Shown here piece after piece: positions 47,434-59,428 of a DNA stretch of 64,000 nucleotides. The stretch covers positions 22,506,001 to 22,570,000 of the forward strand of contig CM120645.1 in the NCBI GenBank assembly GCA_051362555.1. The letters run 5' to 3'. Source of the stretch: Lingula anatina. Lineage: Eukaryota; Animalia; Brachiopoda. Positions within the stretch are counted from its first letter, which is position 1; each line of letters starts with the position of its first letter. The notes below the pieces were generated by a model. It ran no database searches and was not told the origin of the DNA. It saw only the letters and a list, made by a program, of their open reading frames with translations. Made by a program: the position numbers and the translations under genes.

Positions 47434-47709
47434 TTATTGACCATGTTACCTGTTGTGCAAGATTAAAATTCAGTGTTGACTGAGAGTGCTATTATAAGCA
47501 TTATTTATTATTGCATCAAAATTGACAAAATGACCTTTTTTGCATCTTTATTTTCTGTTTTTTGTCTGTACATTTGACAGCTTTGCTGCCTTGTTTGCTA
47601 ATCTGCTCCATGGAAGTGTTATTAGTCAATGAGACCTGCTCATAAGTAGGTCAAGTTAGATATGCGTCATGTCCGCGGCAAAATGAAAGTGGCATTTGAC
47701 CGGGCACTC

Positions 47710-50618
47710 TAACATAACATAACATAACATAACATAACATAATTTTATTTCACGTCAGTTTTCCAACAAGCACAACACTAGCCATAGCAGGCTAATATCA
47801 CCGACAGAATGAAATAAATTAATGTGAAGTACTATAATAGTGATATAAAATTTAAATAAATAAATAATTTATTTTTATATGCAGTTATTTTACCTGAGAA
47901 AATATTAAAAGTATTTAAGTGTTTAACACTATTGATTGTATAAAAGTGAGATGTTGCCTTAGAGGCTACCTGAGATTTAAAACCAGAATGCCTTTTAGGC
48001 TATACATTTGCACACAATTCACATTTCCAGTTTGACTGGGGTGTCCAGTTTTGGACCATACCTTTAAAAGTGTCCAGATCTTTACAATTTTTCATTGATA
48101 CTGGCAACATATTCCATAGTTTAGCACCACTGTAGGCTAATGAATTTAATCCATAGCATTTTGTCCTGCAGTGCTTCTGAAGCAACTGATTTGAGTTCCT
48201 TAAGCTGTAAGGTACTTCTTTAACACTGAACAAATCCCACATGAAAGGTGGGGAGAGCTTATTTACTGATTTAAACACTTCAATTATTACAGCTCTATTC
48301 CTAGAAAGCTCAAGAGTAGATAACCCTGCTTTCTCTAGTAATGTACTATAACTAGACTCAAAATCATCATACACAAACTTTAAGGCTCTGTACTGAATGC
48401 GTTCCATCTTTGCACAATCTACAGCACCACAAAAGTTCCAAGCTAAAGCACAATAGTTAAACTGTGATAAAATAAAACATCTAAAGACTTGTAGTCTAGA
48501 CATTTCATCAAGGTACTGTGAAAGTCTCTGTAACACTTTAAGTTGAGCACCTGCCTTCTTACATAGTACACTGATATGATAATGAAAATTAAGTCTTTCA
48601 TCAATATTCACACCTAATAGTTTCACATGTGGTTCTGTGGTGATATTAGCATTATCAATACTGATAGTATTTCTATCTGTAGTTTCATTTAACATAATAG
48701 CATGAAATTTAGATGGGTTAGCCTCCATCATATTGTCTCTGAACCACTTTATGGCAGTCTCTGACTCTGTAGTTAGAGTCTCTATCACCTCCTGTCTGGT
48801 TGGGTGCATAGCGACTAGAGTGTTGTCGTCAGCATAGTTGTATAACGACGCTCTGGTGATCGTTGCGTAAATGTCATTCATGAAGACATTGAAGAGGATC
48901 GGTCCCATGATGGAACCCTGCGGGACCCCCTTTACCAGCGGTAGCCAATCACTGACATGTCCAGAGAGTTTAACCCTCTGACTGCGTGACGAAAGGTACG
49001 CCCATATCAAGGCACAACCTTTTTGCGACATGCCGTAGGCCCTGAGCTTGGCGATAATGAGCTGGTGCGGCAAACAGTCGAACGCCTTGCTCAGGTCCAT
49101 TAAGATGGCTCCTGCGTGGTTGCGATTTTCCAAGGACTGCTTCCAGTCCTCGATCAAGCGAAGAAGCACATACTGGCAGTTGTATCCTCTCCTATAAGCG
49201 GCCATCCTGGGATCCAGGATCCGCTGAAGGAAAGGCGCCAGCTGATGATGAAGTATCTTCTCCAGTACTTTGGACAAAGCAGGCAAGATACTAACAGGCC
49301 TGTAGTTTTTCATGATAAGATTGTCATCCTTCTTGAAGAGTGGCACCACTTCAGCAAGTTTGGCACCATCCGGAAATACACAAGTATCAACACACTGATT
49401 GTAGATTGACGTGATGTGGTGACTAAGGCATGTAGCTACAGGTTTCAGTAATCTCGGTGGTACACTGTCCCAACCTGTTGCCTTAGTAGTGTCCATGTCC
49501 TTAATGATTTTCATTACATCATCTGGTGTGGTATGTTCAAAAGTGAAATCACAATTGTTCATACTAGATTTGATATTTTGCACACTTGGATGATCAGTGA
49601 AGTAAGTTTCACACTGTTGTACAAAGTCTGTATTGGAGGTCATCTCTTGATCTAGATCAAGGTTACCCCCAATCTGCGATGCAATATTCACATAAAAATT
49701 GTTCATCACATTGGCTACTTCCTGCGGCTTAGTCTCAATGGCATTTTCTGTTCGTATCATGATGGAGTTTCCATCGCTGGACCCTTTGTTTGTGAGGAAG
49801 GGCTTTATCGTAGACCAGAAATCACAGTTTTTAGGTCCATTTCTGCACTTGGCATTGAAATAGTCCTTTATGGCCTGTTTCCTTATGCGAGTTGTCCGGT
49901 TTCTTTGAGATCTGTACTTTTCCCAGTTAGCATCTGTAGGGAATCTCCTGAACTTATTTTGCAGTCGTTTTTTGTCTCGCACAGCCTTTCGTAAGGTTTT
50001 GTTCATAAAAGGAGCCTCTTTGGCTCGCACTTTGACAGTTTTCAGGGGTGCATGTTCATCCATAATCTCCCTGAGCATAGTTTGAAGAGCCCAGTAATTA
50101 TCAGATGGGTCTTCAAAGATTTCACACACAGTATAGGGAATGTAGTTCACTTCCTGAATGTATAAATCCATGTTAAATTGCTTATAATTGCGATAAGTCA
50201 CTGTTTTTGCTGGCAGCCTGGCAGCAAACAGTTTGAACACAACATATATCATGTCATGCGAATCACTTAATCCTGTATTCATGGTTGCTGATTTAACACA
50301 TTTGTCAGCTCGGCTCACAAGTATCACATCTATAAGAGTAGATCCATGAATAGTGTGATTTGTAGGTTGTTTGATCAGCTGCTCCAAATCATACTGATCA
50401 CACAAGTCTCTTAATGGCTCACCTTTGGCGTCATGTAGCAAATCGAAGTTGAGATCACCTAACACACATATGTCGGTGTAGTTACTGTGAGCTTTGTCCA
50501 AAATGTTAGCCATTTCTTCAGTAAAGGTTGCATTTTGTAGACTAGGTGGCTTATAAGCACACATGAGGAGATACTTTGACTTTTTATTAGGCACTACCTC
50601 CACAGTTATCATTTCCAA
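47710..50618 (-). mobile_element. 5'-truncated non-LTR retrotransposon (CR1/L2 group, L2/Crack-like)
   Basis: ORF2 plus 3' UTR ending AATAAA followed by a (TTATG)6 microsatellite tail; no TSD seen. Confidence 0.93.
48000..50618 (-). CDS. LINE ORF2: partial AP endonuclease + reverse transcriptase
   Basis: 872 open codons: YKPP, GDLN, TLIDV, GLSDSH (APE C-half); YRPVSIL, MDLSKAFD, GVPQGS, YADD (RT); Cys-containing C-terminus; APE N-terminus missing. Confidence 0.93.
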   Translation of the reverse strand: MEMITVEVVPNKKSKYLLMCAYKPPSLQNATFTEEMANILDKAHSNYTDICVLGDLNFDLLHDAKGEPLRDLCDQYDLEQLIKQPTNHTIHGSTLIDVILVSRADKCVKSATMNTGLSDSHDMIYVVFKLFAARLPAKTVTYRNYKQFNMDLYIQEVNYIPYTVCEIFEDPSDNYWALQTMLREIMDEHAPLKTVKVRAKEAPFMNKTLRKAVRDKKRLQNKFRRFPTDANWEKYRSQRNRTTRIRKQAIKDYFNAKCRNGPKNCDFWSTIKPFLTNKGSSDGNSIMIRTENAIETKPQEVANVMNNFYVNIASQIGGNLDLDQEMTSNTDFVQQCETYFTDHPSVQNIKSSMNNCDFTFEHTTPDDVMKIIKDMDTTKATGWDSVPPRLLKPVATCLSHHITSIYNQCVDTCVFPDGAKLAEVVPLFKKDDNLIMKNYRPVSILPALSKVLEKILHHQLAPFLQRILDPRMAAYRRGYNCQYVLLRLIEDWKQSLENRNHAGAILMDLSKAFDCLPHQLIIAKLRAYGMSQKGCALIWAYLSSRSQRVKLSGHVSDWLPLVKGVPQGSIMGPILFNVFMNDIYATITRASLYNYADDNTLVAMHPTRQEVIETLTTESETAIKWFRDNMMEANPSKFHAIMLNETTDRNTISIDNANITTEPHVKLLGVNIDERLNFHYHISVLCKKAGAQLKVLQRLSQYLDEMSRLQVFRCFILSQFNYCALAWNFCGAVDCAKMERIQYRALKFVYDDFESSYSTLLEKAGLSTLELSRNRAVIIEVFKSVNKLSPPFMWDLFSVKEVPYSLRNSNQLLQKHCRTKCYGLNSLAYSGAKLWNMLPVSMKNCKDLDTFKGMVQNWTPQSNWKCELCANV

Positions 50619-50994
50619 TACTATAGTATTTCGAACATGTAATAGATATTGACTGGAAATGCCAAGTCCTGAAAATTGTGGATGTTCTTTTTTGTGCTTT
50701 TTGCTTATCCAGTGGCATTTTACTTAGAAAAAAGCTTTTTAAAATTATCTCTGAGCTTAATTGTAAGTCCAGTTTGAAATCTTAATTTATGGAGAAGTTG
50801 ATGATATGCAGACCCATGAACTGTAGTGATGGTTGGGGGGGGTGGGGGTGGGAGGGGGGGCGGATAATTGGCCAGGAAAGGTCCACTCGGAATCAAAATT
50901 TGATCTAATTAGTAGGTTCCAGGAGCACGCATAAGTTTTACAGTATAATAACTTTTATTTATTAATTAATTAATTTATTTATTTATTTATTTAT
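50617..50994 (+). repeat. near-identical duplicate of 52415-52823
   Basis: aatactatagtatttcgaacatg... through to the (TTAA)n(TTTA)n tract; only G-run and microsatellite lengths differ. Confidence 0.95.
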
Positions 50995-51099
50995 ACTTTT
51001 TCTGTTTTTGTACGTAAACTTTGTCAATTCGGTTAAGTTAAAGGCATGTAGCTTCTTATTTCATTGTTAACTCCATTTCAAATTATTCAAAAGTGGCAT

Positions 51100-51464
51100 A
51101 ACTGAAACGTACAGTACGTGCATGGGCTAGAGACATTCCCTGTTCAAGCCTGTTGCGGCGAAGTCGAGCTCGAATGTGGTCGTCTCTTTGATCGGTTAAT
51201 GAACATATATCCACCACAGTGCAAAAATTAATTAATACATAAACTAAATCAAAACAATAAGATGATTTAATATTTTAAAACGATTTTCGTAAAATCGCCA
51301 CTGAGTATAAAAAACAACCAGGTGACAGCCAAGCGTGACGTGATTGAGTTATCCACGGTTTCTGCAGGTGTGAACACCTATTCAGTTTATTCAATCTTTC
51401 AGCCTTCCCGCTACCTTTTCTTTACAGGGGAGTGAGATCTTATCTACCACAGTTTATTTGGCAG
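51100..51464 (+). promoter_or_regulatory. candidate promoter and non-coding first exon of a downstream gene
   Basis: CpG-rich patch, GTGACGTG element near 51336, consensus donor CAG|GTGAGT at 51464/51465. Confidence 0.4.
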
Positions 51465-52139
51465 GTGAGTAAACACAATACTTGTCTGAGATGGCGCATT
51501 GTTACTTTTAGTTGACCTGCACTTGCTGGGGTGTCAACTATAACTGCAGGATCAACCCATGGTTGCGTTAAAAGTTATTGGTCTTTGTTATCTTCTTAAT
51601 CAAGTGATGGTGGCTCTGCCATCATCTTTATCTCTATGTAAGTGCAAAGATACCAGCAGTGTTCAAATTATTCTCAGAAGCATTGATTTTAAATAATCAT
51701 AATGTGAGATTTATAGCTAGTTGACATTAGCAGTGTTGGTTTTTTAAAGCTTGGGCTATTTTCATGGGGTACAATGGTCAAATCTGCACACTTCAGATTA
51801 TTCTGTTCATATTTTATTTGTGAATTCACTTTGTTCCAGGTGCTTTTCAATAGCTCTTCAATGATTAACAGTGGCTCCATCTATTGCAGTTTCATAAAGT
51901 TGTCTTCTCTCTTGAGGATTTACACATTATGTGAAAAAGGTGAAGCAATCATGTAAGTCTTACAAGTCGTGTTTACACCCAAGTTAGATTGCCCTTTCTC
52001 AGTGTGACCCACCTCGATCTTAGACTATCTTATTCAACGAGGCCAACAAATTGGCATAAAATGTTTCCATTACTTTTATAAAGCACCCGCCAACTCCAGT
52101 TGGCTCCTAGCACAAGGTATATATATTGCTGTACCTTTG

Positions 52140-52322
52140 CAGGCCAGTAGCCATTTAATTGGTATTGGAAGGGGAGTGAAAGAACTGCACTTTTACTAAA
52201 AAAGGTCCACTCTGAATCAAAAGTTCTTCTCTTGTAGCTTCAGTGTCTATGGGGATAGAATGCACCTTTTTGAAAAAAGACCTCAGGCCTGTTTTTAAAT
52301 CACTAGCTACAGGCTAGGCCTG
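52140..52322 (+). mobile_element. MITE family B (CAGGCC termini), 5-bp TSD
   Basis: CAGGCCAGTAGC ... GCTACAGGCTAGGCCTG, CTTTG on both flanks, internal aaaggtccactc shared with other copies. Confidence 0.75.
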
Positions 52323-52414
52323 CTTTGTGTTGTTTTTTCAGATGGCATACAGAGATGAATCACACTAAGAAGAGGCAGCACAACTTGACTGTAAACACAC
52401 CTGAAAAGTGAGGT

Positions 52415-52823
52415 AATACTATAGTATTTCGAACATGTAATAGATATTGACTGGAAATGCCAAGTCCTGAAAATTGTGGATGTTCTTTTTTGTGCTTTTT
52501 GCTTATCCAGTGGCATTTTACTTAGAAAAAAGCTTTTTAAAATTATCTCTGAGCTTAATTGTAAGTCCAGTTTGAAATCTTAATTTATGGAGAAGTTGAT
52601 GATATGCAGACCCATGAACTGTAGTGATGGTTGGGGGGGGTGGGGGTGGGAGGGGGGGGCGGATAATTGGCCAGGAAAGGTCCACTCGGAATCAAAATTT
52701 GATCTAATTAGTAGGTTCCAGGAGCACGCATAAGTTTTACAGTATAATAACTTTTATTTATTAATTAATTAATTAATTAATTAATTAATTAATTTATTTA
52801 TTTATTTATTTATTTATTTATTT
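52415..52823 (+). repeat. probable source copy of the 50617-50994 duplication
   Basis: same sequence at offset 1798-1799, flanked by unique DNA; includes a left-half family B MITE. Confidence 0.95.
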
Positions 52824-55800
52824 CAAAAAATCATCCAAGTTTACTTTGAGCATATATATATATAACACTTTACTGATGGCAATCAACCATTGGTGGCTGG
52901 TAAAATGTTCTGGGTGAGAAGGCACACCTATGAAGTCAGCTGCCTCTGCATTTCTATGTGGGAGCTGCACTTTCTGCTGCTAATGGCTTTCTACTTGATT
53001 CATTTGCTTTCCAAGCTGTTTTGGCCAATTTTTAGCAGTGATGCAATTAACATGAAGCCTGAGGCAGGGAAGCCCATTTATTTGAGGTGGAATGGGTGAG
53101 TCATAACTCCCTTTTACTGAGCTTGTTGTGAGAAAGAGCATTTTTTGGCTGTTAATTGGTTTTCTAATTAACTTGTGTATTTTTTTTTCTGATTTCACTC
53201 CCTCAGTGCATTAAGACAGAATATTGATAATTTTGTCATTTTGTTATTATTTGTGTCTAAACTTAAACGAAACTACCTCATTTTATTAGCCTGGGGCTCA
53301 AAAGTTTTGATAAACAAAGGTATTTTGCTAGTGTGTGATAAAATCAGGCACCTGGTGTAAGCTGATGTAAGAGTTGTCGGAATAGCACACCCAAGCCAAA
53401 TTCTCTAAATCTGAACATTTAGCACTCTTTGCTCTCTAACGGAGGTCAGCTGAGCAATGATGTCTTTTTTAAAAAATTATTTAGAAGTTATTATCACAAA
53501 AATTTTTGCTGAACAGAAATATGCACAGAATAATCAAATAATTATCTGTGGAGATCTAATGCAAAAGTCTCTCTCTGACCCTGGTAGAGGGTGAACATTT
53601 TGGGTGCATGCATGTGTATAGAGGCTCTCCTTTGCAGTGAAAATTGCTCGTGTTACATTGCGTTACTTTTTCTGTAGCCAGCTGAAAGGCAGGAGTAATT
53701 AACTTCTCACGGCGGGGTACTGTACCTATACATGGGAGAGAGATTTGGGAGCTGCAGCGGAAAAAGGAAAACAACCTTGTTAAACAACTGAGGTGAGGTA
53801 TTTGGCTAATTTTCTTTAATTTGTTCTTAATTGTTATTTGTTTGCTTTGGGGGAATTTGACTATCTCTTAGGCATAAGCTGTTTGACAAATGCTTAAGGT
53901 AAAATAAATAAATTTTTGATCATCCAATTATATTATATTGTTAATTCCCTAAAGGAAAAGAAGCGTTTGTAAAATGCAGGATTATATGTAATTAACAGTG
54001 GTAGTTTTTGTCCTATTATTTACTATTAACAATATTAATTACAAAAAGCACATGTAAAAGTAGCAATAAGTGTTTTATGTTAAATTCTAAAGTATTGATT
54101 TTTATATACTGATATTTCAAAGATTTGTTAAATGTATGTTCAAAGTTGTAAAAATCCTAGTGTAGCTGTGTGTTTATTTGTCAAGTAGGCTTCAGACTTA
54201 AATACAGAACAGAATTTCTTTCTGGCTGTAAGAATTTAGAGAAAAATAACCTGAAAAACACAAAAACACAAAAAAATAAAATTTAAATTAACGTTTGAAA
54301 ATAAGCTGAATTTATACATATATACATATCAACATTACTTGATTGCTCAAAGTAGATGACTAGCAAAATGCAGGTGCAGATATTGTAAGCTAAAAAGTAA
54401 TCTACAACAAAAAACACAAATCTGTTGAAGTTTTTCCACTCACAAAGATAAAAGTTGTACTAGTGACTTTTTTTTGTTCATTTCAGTGATTTTTATTTTA
54501 TATATATAAAGGGGCAGTTTCACAATATATCAAAATTAACACAAGTTATAAGAGCTCATAACTGTTTTATGGATTATGTAGTCTTTAAAAAGAACTGTAC
54601 TCAATATAATATAATTTATAACCCCGTCATTTGCGTCAAAAGGTCACGGAGGTACATATATTAGTCTGGGTATGTGTGACCTCATGTTGCCTTTTTACTT
54701 GGAAGGTCACATGTACCCCCTTTTACAGGCTCAAGCACAGTGTCAGTTTATGGAGTTTGAAACACGGTGATGTACAGTTGAGTGTTTTTTTGCGTGTTAA
54801 GTTTAAATCCATATATTTGGGGATGCCTTCTCTAAAACAGGGGCAATAAACTGTCTGTTGAATAATCTCGACTTTCATCGTTACGCTCAGTTATATTTCA
54901 GGCCCACTTGTCCTTTTCTTTTTAGATCCATTAATAGTTCATATTCTTTTTCATTAATTTTTTTTCTATTTCTATTTAATGCACCTCCCTATTCTGTTGG
55001 TTCACTGCAATTTGGATTTAACAACCATTTTATCTGATCCAGAAATTTGTAAGTTTGATAGATTAGGACAAGTGACTCATGTGCTGGTGGAATTAAATGG
55101 TTATTACTTTTCCAGATGGAACACTTCAATTCTGAGACAGAATTTTAATTTAATTTTAATTTTGCTTTTTATGTGATTCAGCATGAAACTGGCTCTCATG
55201 GGGTTCTAAGTGTCATGATTGTCTGCTGCTTTCTGTGAACACTAACTGTACAAGAGGCATTTATATTTCAAAAAATGATAGGGAAATAAGGATTAGTATT
55301 TTTCAATTTTTTTTATGTCTTTAAATTCAAACCTTATTCTGTTAAAGGATATACTATTTTTTGTGGAACTTCTCTCTCAGTGCCCTAAGATAGTTGTTTT
55401 GCAAAGATAACCAATATGTAATATAACGTGATCCTTTGATTGTTGATGTGACATATTATGTCACTTTCATTGTGTTAGTGGTGCACAGATTGTGATTGGA
55501 TGTGACATTTAAAACCCATTCTTGTCATATGACACATCTCAACAATGTCCTTAGAATGGAAGATATAAATTTGCACCTGCTGTTTAATTTGTTGTTTTTA
55601 TTGCAAGTTGACCACCTGTCCAGGTAGCTTGAAGATTAAAGGCAAGTGGATGTAATGTCAGATGTAAAAAGACCCCCCCCCCCCCCCCCCCCCTCAACCC
55701 TAGTACCATCACCAAATGGGTGGTACAGTTTTGTCATTTTCCCATACTGCCCGCTCTGGCTTTTGTGGAAAATTCATACTCCTAGAGATACTATTCCAAA

Positions 55801-55952
55801 TAGCTAAGGATTCCACATTGAAAATAATTAGCAAGCACCTGTTCAGAATATCAGTGATTGGGTGAATGGATATTAACTGTTGCACTTAAGAGATTTTTTG
55901 AAGGGTCTTTGAGTTGACATGTTTGACAGCTATGGAATTTCTTTCTTTTCCC

Positions 55953-55983
<31 letters not shown>

Positions 55984-56768
55984 TTTGCTATTTTTTGACA
56001 GTTGTTTTTTTAGTTCTAGTCAAGAAGAATTTTTTTTTGATTGTTTAAGCTGCTTTGTTTACATAAGTTTTTTAACTTCTCTCTATTCAGTCTGTTGTTT
56101 CATGATTTTCAGATAAAGAAATATTTTTACCAAGTGATGTAGCCAAAGTATTTAGTTGAATTGAAAGAAACGAGGAAAAAGTACAACAAAATAAGCTTCA
56201 TTTTCTTTCTTGGAACAGTTTTTAGCCCTTACAAAGGTTAACATCCCAGCTAGGGTAATCATTTTGACTGTAATCTTGTTTATTAGGCGCACTATATAAC
56301 AGCTGAGCATGGGGAGTTTAAACTGATATGTTTTATGTTTAAGTTTAAATAAACTTTGTTGTGTTACAATGTGTAATGCACTCAAAGTTCACCAACATAC
56401 AGAGTTAGCATACTTCCCACGTCTATGGGCAACAGAAGAACACAATCACACTGGCGGAGGATAAACCAGTACCGAACTATTTTAACGTGTGCCATAAGCC
56501 ATCCAGTGAATGATTAGAAGAGGCAGGATACAGGTGGACTATTGCTGAGCTGGTTCTTATCTCTGAATGTGCTTGATGACATGGAAGAAAGTACTTCATG
56601 ACTGGTATATTTATTGTCGCTGTGAACCGACCTCAGTTTTGGGCCAACACCTCCTCACGGACTCCTGTCAGCTTTGCTTTTCATCTGTGACTTCCTCACT
56701 GGTGGCAGTAAAAAAGGTAAAAATAGGATGGTAAAATTTTTTTTATTCTGTTACTCCTTCAACCACAG

Positions 56769-57002
56769 GAAGTTGTGTATGAAGGAAATGGTTGTCGAGT
56801 AAGCCAAGATTTACATCCTAGTATTGGGATTCATACTACGAGGAGTTATTATAACAGCTAGCTACTGCCAGTCACAGACTGAGATAGCGATCACATTTCT
56901 GGAAGAAACTGAAGCAAGAAGGGAGCAAGAAGAGTGCAGGCCTGTCTCACACTGAGAAAAAAAGGCAATAGGTTGGTGATACTTGTAAACAGACTAACAT
57001 TG
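56769..57002 (+). other. possible non-coding exon of the downstream gene
   Basis: acceptor ttactccttcaaccacag and donor TG|GTAAGT; no convincing protein. Confidence 0.3.
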
Positions 57003-58026
57003 GTAAGTTTTTTCTTCAGCCTAAGAGGACTTACATATATGTTCTAAGCAGACTTAAATGTATATAGTAAACCAGAGCGTCATCTTAGAGGGTTTTAGGG
57101 TGAGTCTTAACATAAATGTTTTGCTTTTTTGTCTTTTTTTCCAAAAAATACATACACATTTTGAATTTAGTTAGTGCCAATCAAGTTGTTTGTCTCACAC
57201 TAGTAGGTTTGAAAATTGTTGGCAATTCTTTTAATTCTTATGTGATCTTCTAGCTCTGTTATAATAATAATCTTTTTATTGAAACATCGCAACCCGAAGG
57301 TTGAAGTTATACACCTTTTATTTATCTATTTATTATTTTTTTTAAATCAATTTTTTAAAGTCAGAGATGCCTGGTCTTTTTTTGACTATTGACTACTTTC
57401 ATTTTTGGGTTGGGTCTTTTTTTCGTCAATGGTTTAAAAGTTAATTTGGGTTTTTTAGTAAGATGGAGTAAAGTTTTGGTACCAGGAATAGATGATTGAT
57501 TCCTCACTCTGAAAGTAAAACTAGAGGGTAACCGAACCAGGATGTACCAGCTTTTTCAAACAAGAAACCATGTAATTTCTAGTAACTGATTTGCAAATGC
57601 TTTCAAGTTTGCAGTGATGAAATACAGTGTTGTTTTCTGGGGTTTTTTTATTGCGTATAGTATCTTGGGGCATGTTGTTATACATATGATGTCCATGAAG
57701 TTTATTTACACAAATGGGGCAAAAATCTTGTTTAAAGGCTTCTGGTTGACTCTCTGCATGTTGCTGTGCAGTAGGATGTATAGGGTTATGAAAATACATG
57801 GTTAGGGCTATGCTGTATTTTGTTCTTTGGCAAGCTTCATGGATACCTGATTTATTGTGTAAGTACCAAAATATCTGCCAATTTGTGGAACAGTAGGAGG
57901 CACAGTGGGGATAGTACATGGATTTCCAGTAATTCTTTCTTAAATCTTTAAACAAAGTCTTTTCGTTTTGTCAGTCCTCGTAATATTATAAGAAAAGTTT
58001 CTCAGGTAAATCTATAGTACATTGTG

Positions 58027-58194
58027 CAGGCCCATAGCCAGGGGGCTTGGGGGGATCAAAAGAACCCCCCTTTTTGCTGGGAAAAGGTCCACTCTGGGTA
58101 AATTTGATCTAGATAAACTAAGGTTTCATGACTAATTAAGGTCCACATTTTCAGAAAAAGAACCCCCTTTTTGCAATTGCTTCCTATGGGCCTG
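58027..58194 (+). mobile_element. MITE family B copy
   Basis: TIR CAGGCCCATAG / CTATGGGCCTG, flanks TTGTG / TTGAG, internal aaaaggtccactctg...aaatttgatcta. Confidence 0.8.
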
Positions 58195-59219
58195 TTGAGA
58201 GAAGCAGCTGCTCAAAAGTCATCCTTAATTATATGGGTTTATATATTTTTTCCATCCTATTTTCGCACCTTTATCAGAGGAGTGCCCTAGAACCTCTCCT
58301 TTCTCCAATCATCCTTCCGGAAAATTGCAGGAGACTTCAAAGTCTTACAACATTCTCTCTCCTCTTGAGAAATGCCACTGCCATTCCATCCACTCCTGTA
58401 GTTATCTAACTTCTTACTTCCTCTTTCACCTTTGATAAGAAAAATAAGAATCAAGGATAATTTAAAGAAATTAGAAATTTATTTCTTTTGTTTAAAATCG
58501 TAGTGTTTGATTTAGAAAAAGAAAGATACAACATCTTTTCAAATTGCCAGATACAAAATGGTATAATTGTGAAAATGGTTTTATATTATAACTAAGTGTT
58601 GTTTGAAGACGTCCCACATATACCTCCACTGATATATCATATTTCAGACAAAATAGTCCTTTAATTCCCATTGTACATAAATTATGGGGACGGTGAATAC
58701 AAACAAACAACAGCAAGCTAAGTAAAGCATATACCTGTTTTGTAGGTGTGAAGAGTTGGATGAACTTTTCTCATTAAAACCAGAAAATGAACTTTGTCAG
58801 ATTTGTCAACTTCTCAGACAAAAACATTTTTTCAGGCCCAGAGGTCACAAACACAAGGCATATAGGATTGCTAGGGTAAGCTAAATAGTTCATGTTCCAT
58901 GAAATTGAACAAGTGTTTGTTATTACTTTCTGGTAGGGTTTGATGGACTTTAAAATGATTCCCCAAGAAGGACAAATTAACTGAGTCTACTTTGTGAACA
59001 GCTAAGAATTTGTGTGTTTAAAGAGCAGAATATAGAAAACAAAAGTTCACCATTGATCCATCACACAGAGAGGCTGCAATGATGGGAACCAATTAGATTT
59101 TTGTTCTGTAAGTATATAAAGTAAGAAAAAGATCAGAGTCACCTTGGATTGTCTCTGCCACTTTCAGTAATCTTCAAACTTGGGGTAGGTAGGCTGCTTC
59201 ATCTGTTGTCCAAACCAAG

Positions 59220-59428
59220 CAGGTATGGAATCAGCAATTTTAAATTGTTGGGAGCTAGGGGAGTCTGTTTCTGAAAGGTGGACCTTTTATTGGCAAGACC
59301 ATAGTTGATCCAACTGGAGAAAAGACAGTTAACATCAGATGTTGATTCAGAGTGGACATTTTAAAGACACATTGGGAGGTGATTTTTGCAAAATAACTGA
59401 TTCTTACACATGTATATGGGCCCAGCTG
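59220..59428 (-). mobile_element. degenerate MITE family B copy, reverse orientation
   Basis: gtggacctttt and gattcagagtggac are reverse complements of the family B core; tatgggccc near the right end. Confidence 0.5.

Noticed and set aside
48000-50618. LINE as an autonomous or domesticated RT gene
   Set aside because: No ORF1 or promoter, endonuclease N-terminus missing, retro-tail intact: an ordinary truncated copy.
54505-54920. Possible Kolobok-like element (AAAGGGG...CCTTTT)
   Set aside because: No convincing TIR or TTAA TSD.
57521-57955. 144-aa - strand ORF
   Set aside because: Non-ATG start, no domain-like pattern, composition like surrounding intron DNA.
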